Shown: one piece after another, positions 1 through 12,833 of the stretch
Numbering within the stretch: position 1 is the stretch's first letter
Layout of the letters: each line of letters starts with the position of its first letter
DNA from: Lytechinus pictus
Taxonomy: Eukaryota
Length of the DNA stretch: 64,000 nucleotides
Reading direction: 5' to 3'
NCBI RefSeq assembly: GCF_037042905.1
Contig: NC_087245.1
Location: 31,374,001-31,438,000 of the forward strand
Notes under the pieces: generated by a model
What the model was told of the DNA's origin: nothing
Databases searched by the model: none
Seen by the model: the letters and a program-made list of their open reading frames with translations, nothing else
Translations under genes and position numbers: made by a program

Positions 1-966
1 TAAGTAAATAAATAAATATATAAATAAATAAAATCTATGAAAAAATAAAAAAGAAAAGATAATAAATGAATAGATTAAAACAAAAAAAAATAAATGAAGA
101 AATGAAAAATAAAAATAACGATGCGAATAGAGTAAAATAACTAAATGTTAACCATCTTTGGAGTTGATAACCTTTTTCATTCTGTATAACAAATTCTCAT
201 TGAGGAAAATCTCAACCAATACTTTTTTTTCTTATCAAATTCATGAGAAGGTAAGGTCGACCATATCTTGAGTTCATAAACTTTTTTTATCAAATTGTTG
301 ACCCATTCTAAATCTATAGTCGACCCTTTCTAAATAGCTCGGAATGTTTAATCTGGATTCAATTCCAAATCATGTAAAAATGTGAAAAATGAAGTTATAA
401 AAATTACGATTCATCATTGGCATGTTTCGTAAACTTTGTCAAGAAGAATAGATTTCTGTAACAAAATTAAGTACTTTATTATTGATAGACAGTACACCCA
501 TATATACATTTTTAATATTCTCATTCGATGTTTTTGTTTGTAAGGTACGTGTATTGAATTTCATCTACAGTATACCGACGTGTGAGAAAACCCTCATTTC
601 TCCTATATGTTCCTTATTTTTGTATATCGTCATGAAAAAATATGTGAAAGACAAAACAATAATTATGTTTCGTCATTAATCTGAGGCAGATTTTTAATAT
701 CTGAATTAAGCTCTAGTGCCTTAATCAAATTAGGATTGCAATGCAATTATAATCAGAGTGTGGTCGTCTTGATCGACGTATTAATATAGTATGAAATTTA
801 TAGGCATACTATTTTTATTCTATTTTTCCAGGGGGATAAATTTTAATATTAAATAGTCTTGCTTTAATATTGAAATGTAGCGCGCGCGCTCTCTCTCTCT
901 CTTTGCCTCAATTAATTAACCAAAACGCTTTCTTTTAAACTTTCTTTTCATTTAAATCTTCTCTAG

Positions 967-1092
967 AAGAGTGTGAGGAGGGGTATTCTCCGTGCCCCGG
1001 CCGATCCTGTATTGCAAATAAATACCTCTGTAACGGAATAACTGATTGTCCAGGAGGAGTAGACGAGGTCAACTGTACAGCCACACCTCCAG
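967..1092 (+). CDS. Copy A exon: LDLa module (equivalent to LDLa9)
   Basis: tag|AAG acceptor; [41 protein letters not shown]; donor G|GTAAT; phase 1-1. Confidence 0.9.
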
Positions 1093-4000
1093 GTAATATA
1101 ACTCCAAGAGGTTTTCATGATAATTCCTTCATCAAAGTTTATAGTCGTACTTACCTATTCCACAACACACACACACATACATGCACACACCCTTACCCAC
1201 TCACCTACGCCACACACACATGCCCACATAAAAGACGATCATATTTTCTTATATGATAATGAGTAGGAGTTTATTTTTCATGTTTCCATATAGTGACCCT
1301 CCGGAAATTATATATTTCTGTGCTCTAGTTCATATGAAAATTTGTAATACTTTAAATGGTCTTCACTTGGACAATTGACGAAGTGAAATAACAATGAAGA
1401 AAGTGGTGGTCAGACCTGCAAAAATGTTGATGGAGTTACCCTACAATTAATACAATATATTGTATTGAGTATGCTATACAGTGCGTCCCACAAAAACGAA
1501 ACCGAGATTTATCGATGATTTATCATAACTTAATCACAAATACAATAGACAAGTGACCTACCATTTTAAAGCTTAGAATCTCTTCTTTCATCTGAAATTA
1601 CTTATATTATTTCTTATTCACGCATAAGTGAGCACAATTTGAAGAAAGGATACCAAAAACTCATTTGGCGGGGGTATCTGAATTTCAAAAAGAAAATCAC
1701 ATGCCTAAAAAGTTAAATATCTGCTCTTTTATTTTATACCTTAATCACAGAAAATGGTCAAGAAAAAAAAAGATCTGTTCCCTCGAAACAATGCTTGTAT
1801 TTCCATAATTTCATTAAATAAACGTGTTTTCACCGGTTTCTCACAGAAGCTATCGCACGGTTAACAAAAGACTGAATGCATGGCTGATCGTCAACAAAAC
1901 AGAGTGTCGAGTGAGTCTGGACGCTAGCCTGTAAAACCTCTTCATTAATATGAAATTATTGAAATTCAAGCCTTATTTCAAATAACCAGAACTTTGTTAT
2001 TTCTTGATAATTTTCTGTAATTGAGGTATCATATTAAAGAGCAGATATTGAACCTTTTAAAAATGTGGTTTTCTTTTTGAAACACAGATACAGCCCGCCA
2101 AGTGACTTTTTGGTATCCCCTCTTCAAATTGTTTTTGTTCACTTATGCGTGAATGAGAAATAATTTAAGTAATTTCAGATGAAAGAGGAGATTCTAAGCT
2201 TTACAATGGTAGGTCACTTGTCTTTGTATTTGTGATTAAGTTATGATAAATCATCGATAAATCTCGGTTTCATTTTTTCTGGGACGCACTGTATATAAAA
2301 AAAATTATATTTATGAATTTCTACTAAATTTCATCAAACCTATAGATCCATGTGTATCTATCAACGGTTCGGAATACTTTGTGTGTGATGGTAAAGAGGA
2401 CTGCCCCGGAGGAACAGATGAATCACGACCTGAGTGCAGTGAGTAAATGTACCCTAACTTGTCATATATCTATATTGTTGGTTGATCGATTGATTGATTG
2501 AGGGATCAAGCAAAATGAACACAATAAATGAGAAAGAAAAAAAAACAAATCACTTAAAAAAAAAAAAAAAAAACGAATATTCATGCAGGTTTTAGAAACA
2601 TACCTGTGTGAGAGAAGTTAAATTGCAGCGTTTTTTAATGAATTTAAATTTACATTTTTATACATTTCCAATCAACAAAATAGACAAAATTCAATTGAAG
2701 TAACCGTACATATTCAAAATAACACTGACTGTTCAATGGTATATACATAAAAAAAAATTGAAAATGAAATAAACAGAAACTAAAGTAAGCTGCAATTTAT
2801 ATTTGGCTATGAACATGATGAAAAGTATGTGAAACTGAACGGAGGGAGAAAAGCAAGTCCCTGCACTAAGTTTCAATACTTGATTAACAAAACGATATAC
2901 AATAATGGAGACGATTGGAAGTCGAGCTTTAGACAAGAAATCTACAAAATATCAAAGTAAAGCGCATAAGCGACTACACAATAAAGAGAAAATAATTTAG
3001 ATAATAATTACGACAATTAATGTATGCTAATATTAATGTATAATATGATATAATGTAAGTAGAGTGTGAGATAGAAGAAAATATTTTAGTTTGTTGATAA
3101 TTCCGATTCTTCTTGAAATTATTTTGCATATGTTATCGATATGTGGTTTCCATGATAGTTTATTGCAATAAGAACATCCAAGAATCTGGTCTCAGAAATT
3201 TTTTTCAAGAACAGTGTTATAAAAGATAAGATGGTCAGGGAAGGTATGTATATATTTTGTTACTAAAAAGCATAAAATTCGTCTTTTGCGGGTTAAGTGA
3301 TAGTTCATTAGCCTTAATCCAGCCTATCATATGTATGAGTTCTGAGTTTATAATTCTTACAAGTTAGTTGGTTTACGTTATCATGAGAAAAGAAAATGTT
3401 CGAATCGTCAGCAAACAGTATCAATGTTAGTAATTTTTAAAATACAATTAATACAAGTAATAAAAAAAAGAGGACCAACTAAGCCACCCTGTAGTACTCC
3501 ACATGTAATGGGAAGAGTAGAAGAAATAATGTTAACTGAAACAAATTCAGTCTGTCTGTTAGGTAGCTCCTAAACCACTTCGACCGAATACCATAAAAAT
3601 AAAGCTTATGAAAAATTATTTCGTGGTTAATGGTGTCGAAGGCATTGGAGAAGTCCTGGAAAAAGTATGACAACCTTTATCTATGGAAGTAGTGATTTTA
3701 TCAATAAAATACAGAATTGCATGTGAGGTGCTATGATTTTCACGAAACCCAAATTGCGAGTTCGAAAATATATTGTGTTAATAAAAGAATGTACTTGCAC
3801 GTATATGTACAAGTTTTTCAAGAATTTTAGATAACGAAGTGAGCAATGAAATAGGACGGTAGTTAGAAACAAGTTGAATATCCCCTTTTTGTCTCACCTG
3901 CATAGCAGAGTGAGACTATAGGCGCCGCTTTTCCGACGGCGGCGGCGTCAACACCAAATCTTAACCGAAGTTCATGAAACTTTGCCATAAAGTTAATCAA

Positions 4001-5497
4001 GTATTACTGAACATCCTGCCCAAGTTTCATGTCACATGACCAAGGTCAAAGGTCATTTAGGGTCAATGAACGTAGACCATGTTGGGGGAATCAACATCAA
4101 AATCTTAACCTAAGGTTAAGTTTTTGAAATGTCATCATAACTTAGAAAATATATGAACCTAGTTCATGAAACTTGGACATAAGGTTAATCAAGTATTACT
4201 GAACACCCTGCATGAGTTTCACGTCACATGACTATGGTCAAATGTCATTTAGGGTCAATGAACTTTGGCCATAATGGGGGTATCTGTTGAATTACCATCA
4301 TAACTTTGAAAGTTTATGGATCTGACTCATGAAACTTGGACATAAGAGTAATCAAGTATCACTGCACATCATGTGCGAGTTTCAGGTCACATGATCAAGG
4401 TCAACGGTCATGTAAGGTCAATGAACTTTGGTCATGTTTTTTGTTGTTGTTGAACTACCATCATATCTCTGTAAGTGTATTGGTCTAGATCATAAAACGT
4501 GGACATAAGAGTAACCAAATATCACTGAACATCTTGTGTGAGTTTCAGGTCACATGGCCAAGGTAAAAGGTCAATTGATATTGGCCATGTTGGGGGTATT
4601 TGTTGAATTACCATCATAACTCTGTAAGTATATTGGTCTAGTTCATAAAACTTGGACATAAGAGTCGTCTAGTATTACTGAACATCCCATGCGAGTTTCA
4701 GGTCACATGACCAAAGTCAAAGGTCATTTAAGGTCATTGAACTTTGGCCATTTTAGAGGTAATTATTAGATTGCTGTTTTTTTTTTCCTTGTTGATATTA
4801 TGTCTGTATATATATATATATTTGTAATGATGCACTTTTTCTTTATAATTACCGTTCATACTTTTGCATGTCTTTCACTCATGTATTTTAAGATGTTTTC
4901 ATGAAATGTATGTATGTAAATCCCAAAAAAATTTCCTTTATGGACCTGAATAAATTGAATTGAATTGAATAACTTTCAAAGTTTATAGATATAGTGTATA
5001 AAATGTGGATATAGGGGTAATCAAGTATCACTGACAAGTTTTAGGTCACATTATCAAGGACAAATGTCAATGAACGTAGTATTGTATCATATGAATGGTG
5101 TTTTTTGTGAATAGTTATTAAAAGGTTGTTTTTCAAAGTCAGCACTGCTGCTATATTGAATCGCGTGATGCAGGTGAAACCGCCAGAGGCATTCCACTTG
5201 TTGTTAAGAGGGATGAATTTTGCTATTTTCATGAGATTAGGTACCTTACCTGTGTTTAAAGAATTATTGAATATATTTGCACGAGTTTTCAGCATTTTCT
5301 CTCAAATAAAAGACAGATAAATTTGGATAATGACAAGATATGACAAGACAAGAGAATTGATTTCTTGATTCATGTGGTTTGTTATTGCAGATTGCGGAAC
5401 GATTCCTTTGTCTCAGTCGAGAATCATCGGTGGTCAGGATTCGGAAAGGGGAAATTGGCCAATGCAAATCTTAATCAGCAGTGAGAACAATTATCAA

Positions 5498-5578
<81 letters not shown>

Positions 5579-8500
5579 TATATATATACTTTGGATAATA
5601 AAAGTAGAAAAGTTAAAGGAGGGGTGTAGATTGCGGACGGGGAATGCCTTTATGCCTTTTCCTTGGATTCGAGATGAAAGGTGTTGGATGCCACGTGTAG
5701 ATGTGTAATAGCGCAGTGGACAAGTCGCCGGACTTTGAACCACGAGGTCCGGGGTTCAAACCCCACCATGGCACTCGCGTCTTTTGTCAATGCGTTTATG
5801 TACATTTGCCACTCTCCACCCATTTGTAGGAATTCCTTAAATGGGCCAGGGTAGCTTGCAGCGTTTAGAAAAATTGTTTTAAGCGCTATGTAAATGTTGC
5901 ATAATATATTATTCAAACTATTACTATTAATATTATTATTATGATTATCATTATTATTACGTGATATTTTATCACAAATATGTTCAGCATTTGTATTATT
6001 ATTTGCATGGGGTGGAGTCCCCAGTCCCGGTGATACTGAAAACGTAAAAATTCATCAAAATTCGGGAAGAACACGGAATTCACAGAATTACACGGAAAGC
6101 ACATTGTTCTGGCTTAGTGAGTTGAATTAATAAAATAACATCGAAGATCATGGAGAAAAAAATTGAAGAATCTGTCTATCAAGCCTCTCCGCATTGTTAA
6201 GCATGCGTTTGCTAATGTTTATCTGCATAGACATGGGCGGATCCAGGATTTTCTCAATGAGGGCACTTTGTCAGGAAAATTTTGACCCCCCCCCCCAAAA
6301 AAAAAAAAAAGTCTACCCCAAATGGAGGTCGTTTGTTGTAGGAAAAATTGGACAAGCAAAAAAGGTCTTCACTCCCAAAGCGATGTTATTATATTCCATG
6401 AATAAGGTGAGTGCATCTCAAATAGGTATGTGGGGGTGGGGTACGGGCCAGATGTCTCACCCCCCCCCCCCCCCACCTCCATGGATCCGCCACTGTTCAT
6501 AGATTTTCAGTACTTACAATATTGCATTATAAAAATACGTTTTGTACATATAATCACCAAAGAACAAGGAATGTGATGTTTCGAACAGCAAAGAACATCG
6601 AATTGGCGGCATTTAAGGAAACCCAAGTCTGGGGTCTGGCGTAATTAAGATTTAAAATAGTTTCCCTTAGTTCAATGTAAAAGTCTATCAGTAGGAATTA
6701 ATTGTTGGTCGATGTCTACGAACTCATTTCATTACCATTGTTGTTTTATGTTACATTTTTTTATCCCTATTGTCATAATGATCATAATTACTATGTTTGT
6801 TCATTTTCACCACCCATTCAGCTGAGAATACGTCGGCCAATCTCTTTTGCGGAGGCACTATTCTCAACCGTCGTTGGGTACTGACTGCTGCTCACTGTGT
6901 GTGAGTATGCCAGGGCCCCGTCTTACAAAGAGTTACGATTAATCCGATCAACCTCATCTATATGGAGAGCCATCAATGTCATAATTGCTACTGTACATGC
7001 AGGGAATTCGCAAAGTGTCCTTTATAAATAACGAGAATAAAGAATTTCCAAGAAAACAATGTATAAATGTACATAATATCTGGGTTTTTTTGTGTGAAAA
7101 CAAAACAAACATGCAGCTTAGATGTTGACATTACTGGCTTTCCATAGTTTTGGTTGAACGGATCGATTAGTAACTCTTTGAAAGACGGGGCCCAGATAGG
7201 GAGAAAGGAGGGGAGAGAGTGATAGAAAGAACGATATAGTGACAGAGAACCATAGATGGAGAGAGAGAGATGATATTTCTTTTTACAATATTTTTTTTTC
7301 TTGAAAGACTCGTTTGCATTTCATTCTGTCAATGTTCTAATGTAAATGTATAAAGTGATAGCTGAGGGTAAATGTGTGTCTTTCTACGCACCATAATTAT
7401 ACTGTATCAATAATCATGTGTATTTATCACTTGTATTGGATATTCATTTGCATTGTAATTGTTTGTAATTATTTTATTTAATGTGTAATTTGATTTATTA
7501 TTATTGTTGAGAAATGACAATAAACTTGAACCTTGAATCGCGATGATAGAACGATGAAAGTAAACTGCCATGCAATAGTAATCACAAACCTGGGTTTCAA
7601 TAATGAAAATATCACAGCGTATATGGTCATAACATAAAATATATAAATATACAATACTAAAATAGGCAGCGTGTACAACATGACAAAGAAACCATCTCAC
7701 GCAATCTACAACAGACAGCATCATTTCGGTCATTTTCATAACCTTATTTTGTCCTGGTAAAGGGATAAATTACCATTATTCGTAAAAAAATTAACATTCT
7801 ATTCGAAACTCTTAGGTTGCCAAGTACGGTTGGAAATGTCTACGTCGTCGCAGGTGTGACGGATGTGAATGAAAACAACTCTACCTGGCAGTTCAGGCTC
7901 ATCGCTGACGCCGTATGCAATCCCGAGTTCGCCTCCAATACCTTTCTCGGGGGTGACAACTGTCTCTTGCTCATGGATGAACCCTTTGAGTTCAATGAAT
8001 ACGTGCAGCCGGTCTGCATACCTGGCCCCAACTTTACCCTTGATCACTACGCCACCGCCGTGGGATGGGGACAAACAGGGGGAGGTGAGAACAGCAACAC
8101 GTATCTCTGTTTTATGTTGATGTAATCTGTCATCGGGGGGGGGGGTCATAAAGCTGTTCGTAGTTTAAGAGGGACTTTAAGAACGACCGTGAACCTTTCT
8201 TACGCGCTAACATATTGGTGTATACCATTTACCCAAAGAAAGGATCACCAGTCCTCCTTAAAGTCGCCCTTAACTTACGAACAGCTTTATAAAACCCCAC
8301 CTGGGGTCAATTGCAGTAAGGGTTATGCTCAAACACAAACTCCAAAAGTCAAACGCAACTAGACTTTCAACAAATAGAATACGAGTATTAGTAACTTGTG
8401 GTTGATTTCTTGACTTGCGTTTTAAGACAACTATTTCTTTAACGGACTCCTGGTCATGTTATATCAGTTCTTAAATGTCAAGTCCATCCGAAGAAAAAAA

Positions 8501-10187
8501 ATTGAGCTGAATGAAAACGGGACAATCTAATCTAGATGAGAAAGTTGTGATATTTTCCACTCTCCCCTCCCTCCCCCCTCTCTCTCTCTCTCTCTTATTG
8601 TCACAAAACCACTTTCTGATGTCATTGTACTTGATGATGAATATAGTCTGTAAATGACCAATATGCAATCGGAGATGAATATATTCACTTGAAAACGAAT
8701 ATACTTTATTGATGACGATTATAATCACTTGATGATAAATATACTCACTTTGTGACGATTATAATCACTAGATGACAAACATACTCTCTCTTGGTGACGA
8801 ATATATTCACTTTATGACGAATATACTCTCTTAGACGAATATACTCACTTGATGACGAATATACTCTCTTGGTACCGAATACTAGTATACTCTCTTGGTA
8901 ACGAATATACTCTCTAGATGACGAATATACTCTCTTGGTGACGAATATACCCTCTTAATGACGAATATACTCTCTTGTGACGAAAAGACTCTATAGATGA
9001 CGAATATACTCTCTAGATGACGAATATACTCTCTTGGTGACGAATATACTCTCTAGATAACCAATATACTCTCTTGGTGACGAATATACCACCTAGATTG
9101 CGAATTTATTTTCTGGATGACGAATACACTCTCTTGTTGACAAATCTACTCTCTTGGTGACGAATATGCTATATTCTCTTCATATACCAGCCTCTCTCTG
9201 TTATTTTCGGAGGTCGCAAATTCGAGTCTAAAAATATTCTACGTTCGTAAATTTATTTATTATGTTAATTTTCCTAATTATTATTGCGTGTTCTAATGTT
9301 CTTATCATGTTCTAATCGTCATTTCTATTTCTTCGAACTATCCCAGGATACATAGCTCCTAATCTTCAGGTGGTCCGCCTACCCGTATGGCCAGACAATA
9401 TTTGTGACAGATATAGTTACTTTGGCAGTGATAATGTTGAAAAAGTAATCTGCATCGGTTACGAGAAGGGAGGCCATGGATTATGCTTTGTGAGTATCTA
9501 GCGTTTTTGTTGACAAAAAAATCTAGAAACATAATCAAATGAAATAGAGAAGTAAAAAAAACCTGCGTAATCTTATAATCGAATAAATGAATCAATAAAG
9601 TTGAGGCCGTAAAATGAAATTACAAACATTATATATTTCATTAAATTTTTCTTAGCTAACAAATATTTTAAGGCTATTGAATATAAAGAAAGTGGATAAA
9701 ACGCTTATTAATTTTTTAGCGGTATGACTTAGTAGATGTCGAGTGAGCTGCGATTGGCTTACGGTAAACAAAATTAGGCTTGACAGCCAATCACAGCTCG
9801 TCATTCAGCGACCACTGGTATATTATTTCGTGATCTAGCGTTCTATTCACCTATGTCATTTATACTCACGAGTGTATATGTTAAAAACATTCAGTGTGTT
9901 TGTTTCCAATGCTATTTTTCCGAATTTGCAACACCAAACACTTATTCATTTGATAGATACAAACGTATGATGCTAAGGCAAGATTTTTTTCTTCGTTTTC
10001 CTTTTCAATTCAGGGCGATTCTGGTGGATCTATTCTTATGGAGAGGGATAATCTCTGGTACGTCGTCGGGACTGTGTCGGGTGGGAGTGAATGCGGTGCT
10101 CCGTTCACACCCAGCATATGCACAAAAACTTCCTACTATTACCAATTCATCAATGACACCATAAACAATGTCTATCCGGACTATTGA
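967..10187 (+). CDS. 3' part (last 7 exons) of upstream paralog, copy A: 2 LDLa modules + S1A serine protease; 5' exons lie upstream of the window
   Basis: join(967..1092,2346..2438,5391..5480,6822..6900,7816..8084,9347..9489,10014..10187). All introns are GT-AG and phases match. Motifs R|IIGG, TAAHC, GDNCLL, GDSGG; stop TGA at 10185-10187. Confidence 0.92.
1479..2291. mobile_element. Tc1/mariner-type non-autonomous element, 813 bp
   Basis: TA-CAGTGCGTCCCA...TGGGACGCACTG-TA; roughly 290-bp imperfect TIRs; empty site with a single TA in copy B near 49112. Confidence 0.92.
2346..2438 (+). CDS. Copy A exon: 4-Cys LDLa-like module (LDLa10)
   Basis: [31 protein letters not shown]; donor A|GTGAGT; 93 nt, phase 1-1. 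Confidence 0.88.
2482..5330 (-). mobile_element. Degenerate LINE (CR1/L2-group RT), interrupted by the 3886-5202 insertion
   Basis: Minus-strand [33 protein letters not shown]; stops and frameshifts; (TCAA)n tail near 2490; boundaries approximate. Confidence 0.75.
3886..5202. mobile_element. Helentron-associated (HINE/DINE-1-like) non-autonomous element with internal tandem repeats
   Basis: 5' GTCTCACCTGCAT and 3' subterminal ATGCAGGTGAAAC inverted repeat; 5' palindrome; (GGC)n; repeated core aggtcaaaggtca...gaactttggcc; 3' hairpin GCCAGAGGC; sits in a T run; absent in copy B (about 50690). Confidence 0.72.
5391..5480 (+). CDS. Copy A exon: zymogen activation site
   Basis: ttgcag| [30 protein letters not shown]; donor A|GTGAGA gives the phase needed by the next exon. 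Confidence 0.9.
5506..5588. repeat. (TA)n microsatellite, copy A only
   Basis: About 40 TA units; copy B reads catgtagacttt at 50981. Confidence 0.95.
5703..5960 (+). mobile_element. tRNA-derived SINE, old subfamily (counterpart about 51095-51348)
   Basis: A box TAGCGCAGTGG, B box GGTTCAAACCC, (ATT)n tail. Confidence 0.7.
6232..6495. mobile_element. hAT-type MITE
   Basis: CATGGGCGGATCCA...TGGATCCGCCACTG; 8-bp flanks TGCATAGA/TTCATAGA; left end lost in copy B (about 51612-51838). Confidence 0.7.
6822..6900 (+). CDS. Copy A exon: catalytic His
   Basis: [27 protein letters not shown]; ttcag| ... |GTGAGT. Confidence 0.93.
6914..7192. mobile_element. PIF/Harbinger-type MITE (counterpart about 52346-52617)
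   Basis: GGCCCCGTCTTACAAAGAGTTAC...GTAACTCTTTGAAAGACGGGGCC with CAG on both sides. Confidence 0.72.
7816..8084 (+). CDS. Copy A exon: catalytic Asp
   Basis: LPSTVGNVYVVAG...VCNPEF...GDNCLLLM...VQPVCIP...AVGWGQT; 269 nt, phase 2-1. Confidence 0.93.
8137..8300. mobile_element. MITE of the same family as 61266-61435 (counterpart about 53550-53717)
   Basis: CATAAAGCTGTTCGTA...TACGAACAGCTTTAT inverted repeat. Confidence 0.65.
8675..9170. repeat. 20-bp minisatellite (GACGAATATACTCTCTTGGT)
   Basis: Direct tandem units with variants; expanded counterpart at 54090-55000. Confidence 0.93.
9347..9489 (+). CDS. Copy A exon: protease 170-192 region
   Basis: [22 protein letters not shown]...[15 protein letters not shown]; |GTGAGT. 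Confidence 0.92.
10014..10187 (+). CDS. Copy A terminal exon: catalytic Ser
   Basis: [57 protein letters not shown]. Confidence 0.93.
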   Translation, partial: GDSGGSILMERDNLWYVVGTVSGGSECGAPFTPSICTKTSYYYQFINDTINNVYPDY

Positions 10188-10725
10188 TGAAAAAATATCT
10201 CATAGAGACAGCGTTTTATGATGATGGTTGATGAATAGTAGTGTATATGGCAAATCTGTCAATTTTGACTTTTATTGTCTTCTTCTTTTTTATAACGACC
10301 ATAAATTGTTTCCTTTTGGGTCTTTTTAAACATTTATCCACTTATGAAAAATAATTGATATTTTTGGACATTTGTTTTTTATTTGAAAAGAAATAGTAAG
10401 ATAATACTATTCTATTGGATTGACGAAGAAATTTCTTATCGACGGAGTAATCAAGTTTTCTATATAGCCAAACGTATGTTATGTAATCACAAACCCTCTC
10501 GCAAGTTCCGACATGCATCAAATTCAAACCTTTTTTTGAGAGAGAGACTAAGTGTTTCGAAAGAATATATTCAAGTACTTGTAGTCGTGGTAGTCGACAA
10601 AAATATAGAAAAATTGATAGTGTTCTTTTATTTTTTGCTCATGAACTTTTAATTGATTGCATACACTATCATTTTGTTTTCTCTATGCATAAACAGATTT
10701 TATATCCTTATAGAATATGAACTGA

Positions 10726-10731
10726 AATAAA
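10726..10731 (+). terminator. Candidate polyadenylation signal of copy A
   Basis: AATAAA about 540 nt after the stop; conserved in copy B at 56560-56565. Confidence 0.45.
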
Positions 10732-12155
10732 GACCCTCGTCATCACACACAAAATGTGGAATATCCCACTCACCATAGACCTATTATCATGTGTAATGGT
10801 AGCATCATACTGTGAATCATTCAGAATACAAATGATATATGTTATTTGTTTGTTGATTTCCTTTTAGTAATCGATGCAAGTTTAAAATTTGTTTCTTTAT
10901 ATATATATACTTGCCAAATATCATATTACATTGGTCAGTGTTGGTGTATTAATAGTAAAATGCTAAATTTGTATCGTTTGTTGTTTATCCCTCATTTGGT
11001 TAGGTCTATATTCTGATTGTGTATAATATGAGGAAGAATAGAAAATTTTATGAAATCTGTTGAATGTCATACCTTTACATTCTTCGTACAGACAGTAGTG
11101 AGTAACACGTTTAATCCTAGTGACATGTTGGGGGTATTTGGATTAGTTGCGATGTAATTTTCATGAGGTGAAAGGGAAAAAAGTTTAAAATTTCACAATG
11201 TTGATGCATTTGTATATATGTCACATTCATATTCATGTCACTGTGCTGTATAGATTTGAACGTCTTAGTAATCCCCAATAGGTGTATATTCATGGTTGAA
11301 ATCAATGGCATAAACGGATATGAATAGTCTGCAGACACAGACCCGTGGCTTTCGCAATTCATATAATGCTTAATGCAGTCTGAAGTAGTGAGACTAGATT
11401 CACTATGTACTGTGATGGCTGGCTCATCTCTATGGGCTGGCTCTACAGTACACAACCCGAGAGTTGGGTGTCTCATAGTACTTATAGTCTTCACTCTAGA
11501 CACGGTGGTTAAAGTGTCAAGTATGAGTCTGTGCTTGCAGACTAGGCTATGAAAGTGGATACATGAGAGAGCTATGGTTTATCAGCAAAGGTAAGATTAT
11601 TTGCTGATATGAATTAATTTAACCAAGACATGGGTGCCGATTGGTGTTCATTATTGAGGGAATCCTGAAGACAGGGGGGCCGGGGGGTAAATTTCAACAA
11701 GATAATGTCATGTATAAAAACCAAAACGCAGGACGAATCCAAGAACACACTTAAATGCAAGTCAAAGCACAATCAACAGCTGGGAGGTCTTTGTCGAAAA
11801 TTGGTGAACTGGAATAGCAGATCCATCCTATTAAAGTTTTATCTAACTTCTGAGCGAAATGTAGCCCTACTCTCTATACTCTACTCTCTATACTCCCCCA
11901 AGTAATTAGTTAAGGCTGGAGCATATTATGTGCAGGCTTCCAGCAATTTTACCACGATAACCTTCAGAATTTTATTTTTCAACTTATATCGCATATTTCT
12001 AATTACATCTAAAATAGTCACAACAAGATTGGTTCCCCCATTATAGCCTCAATTTGATTTTGCTCATTAAATTTCACCAAAAAGAAATTCTTAGAAAGAA
12101 AACAAAACATTTCGAATCTGCTACCGCATCTGTCAGGTACTATAGTTAGGTCATT

Positions 12156-12463
12156 AATAATAATAATAATAAACAGTTCTTGTATAGCGCATATCACGAT
12201 TATGAATAATGTCTCTATGCGCTTCCAAAGGACTTGGATATTATTACCCCAGCTGTAGCTTGGCAGCCGTAATTACTAAGATTACAGCGCACACGCATTT
12301 CAAGGAATAAATTCCTGCCAGGTACCCATTCACCTCACCTGGGTTGAGTGCAGCACAATGTGGATAAATTTCTTGCCGAAGGAAATTACGCCATGGCTGG
12401 GATTCGAACCCACAACCCTCTGTTTCAAAGTCCGGAGACTAATCCACTGGGCCACAACGCTCC
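12156..12463 (-). mobile_element. tRNA-derived SINE
   Basis: Reverse complement of GGAGCGTTGTGGCCCAGTGGATTAGTC..GGTTCGAATCCC; (TTA)n tail; same family as 19256, 39021 and 58069. Confidence 0.85.
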
Positions 12464-12822
12464 GCGTTACCATGTATAAACTTATCCTCTCATGCACTCC
12501 CTCTTTCGCCCCCATCCAGTTCTCTCTCCCACTCCCTCTCTGTGTCTGTCTGTCTGTCTCCATCCCCCCGCTGCATGTCCCCCTTATTTTTACTGCCCCC
12601 CCCCTCTCTCTCTCTCCTATTTTGTTCTCAATTTCAAAAGGGTATATCATGAGACTGCACACAAACAATAGGGTGTGTAATAAAAGAGAAGTTCAGCATT
12701 CCTCTGCGGTTTGAAATAGATGGGTTTTCATTTTACACCCGTGAAGGAGGAACATATACAATCGTTTCCACAAATCGCGGTCTTTCATCTTCATTAATTG
12801 CTGTTATAATATTTGATTGACA

Positions 12823-12833
12823 ATGGCGAACGG
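12823..12833 (+). CDS. Copy B candidate first coding exon (MANG)
   Basis: acaATGG Kozak-like context; ATG GCG AAC GG|GTATGT gives the phase 2 required by the TM exon. Confidence 0.55.

Larger units (their letters stand above)
1..11727 (+). repeat. Segmental duplication, copy A (continues left of the window)
   Basis: Colinear high similarity in exons, introns and 3' flank with about 47540-57543; similarity ends after ...atgtcatgtataaaa(a/g)ccaaaac. Confidence 0.95.

Noticed and set aside
5461..5470. Loss of the usual donor after WPxQ, making the gene a pseudogene
   Set aside because: A|GTGAGA at 5481 (50963 in copy B) gives the correct phase and a sensible WPMQILIST sequence.
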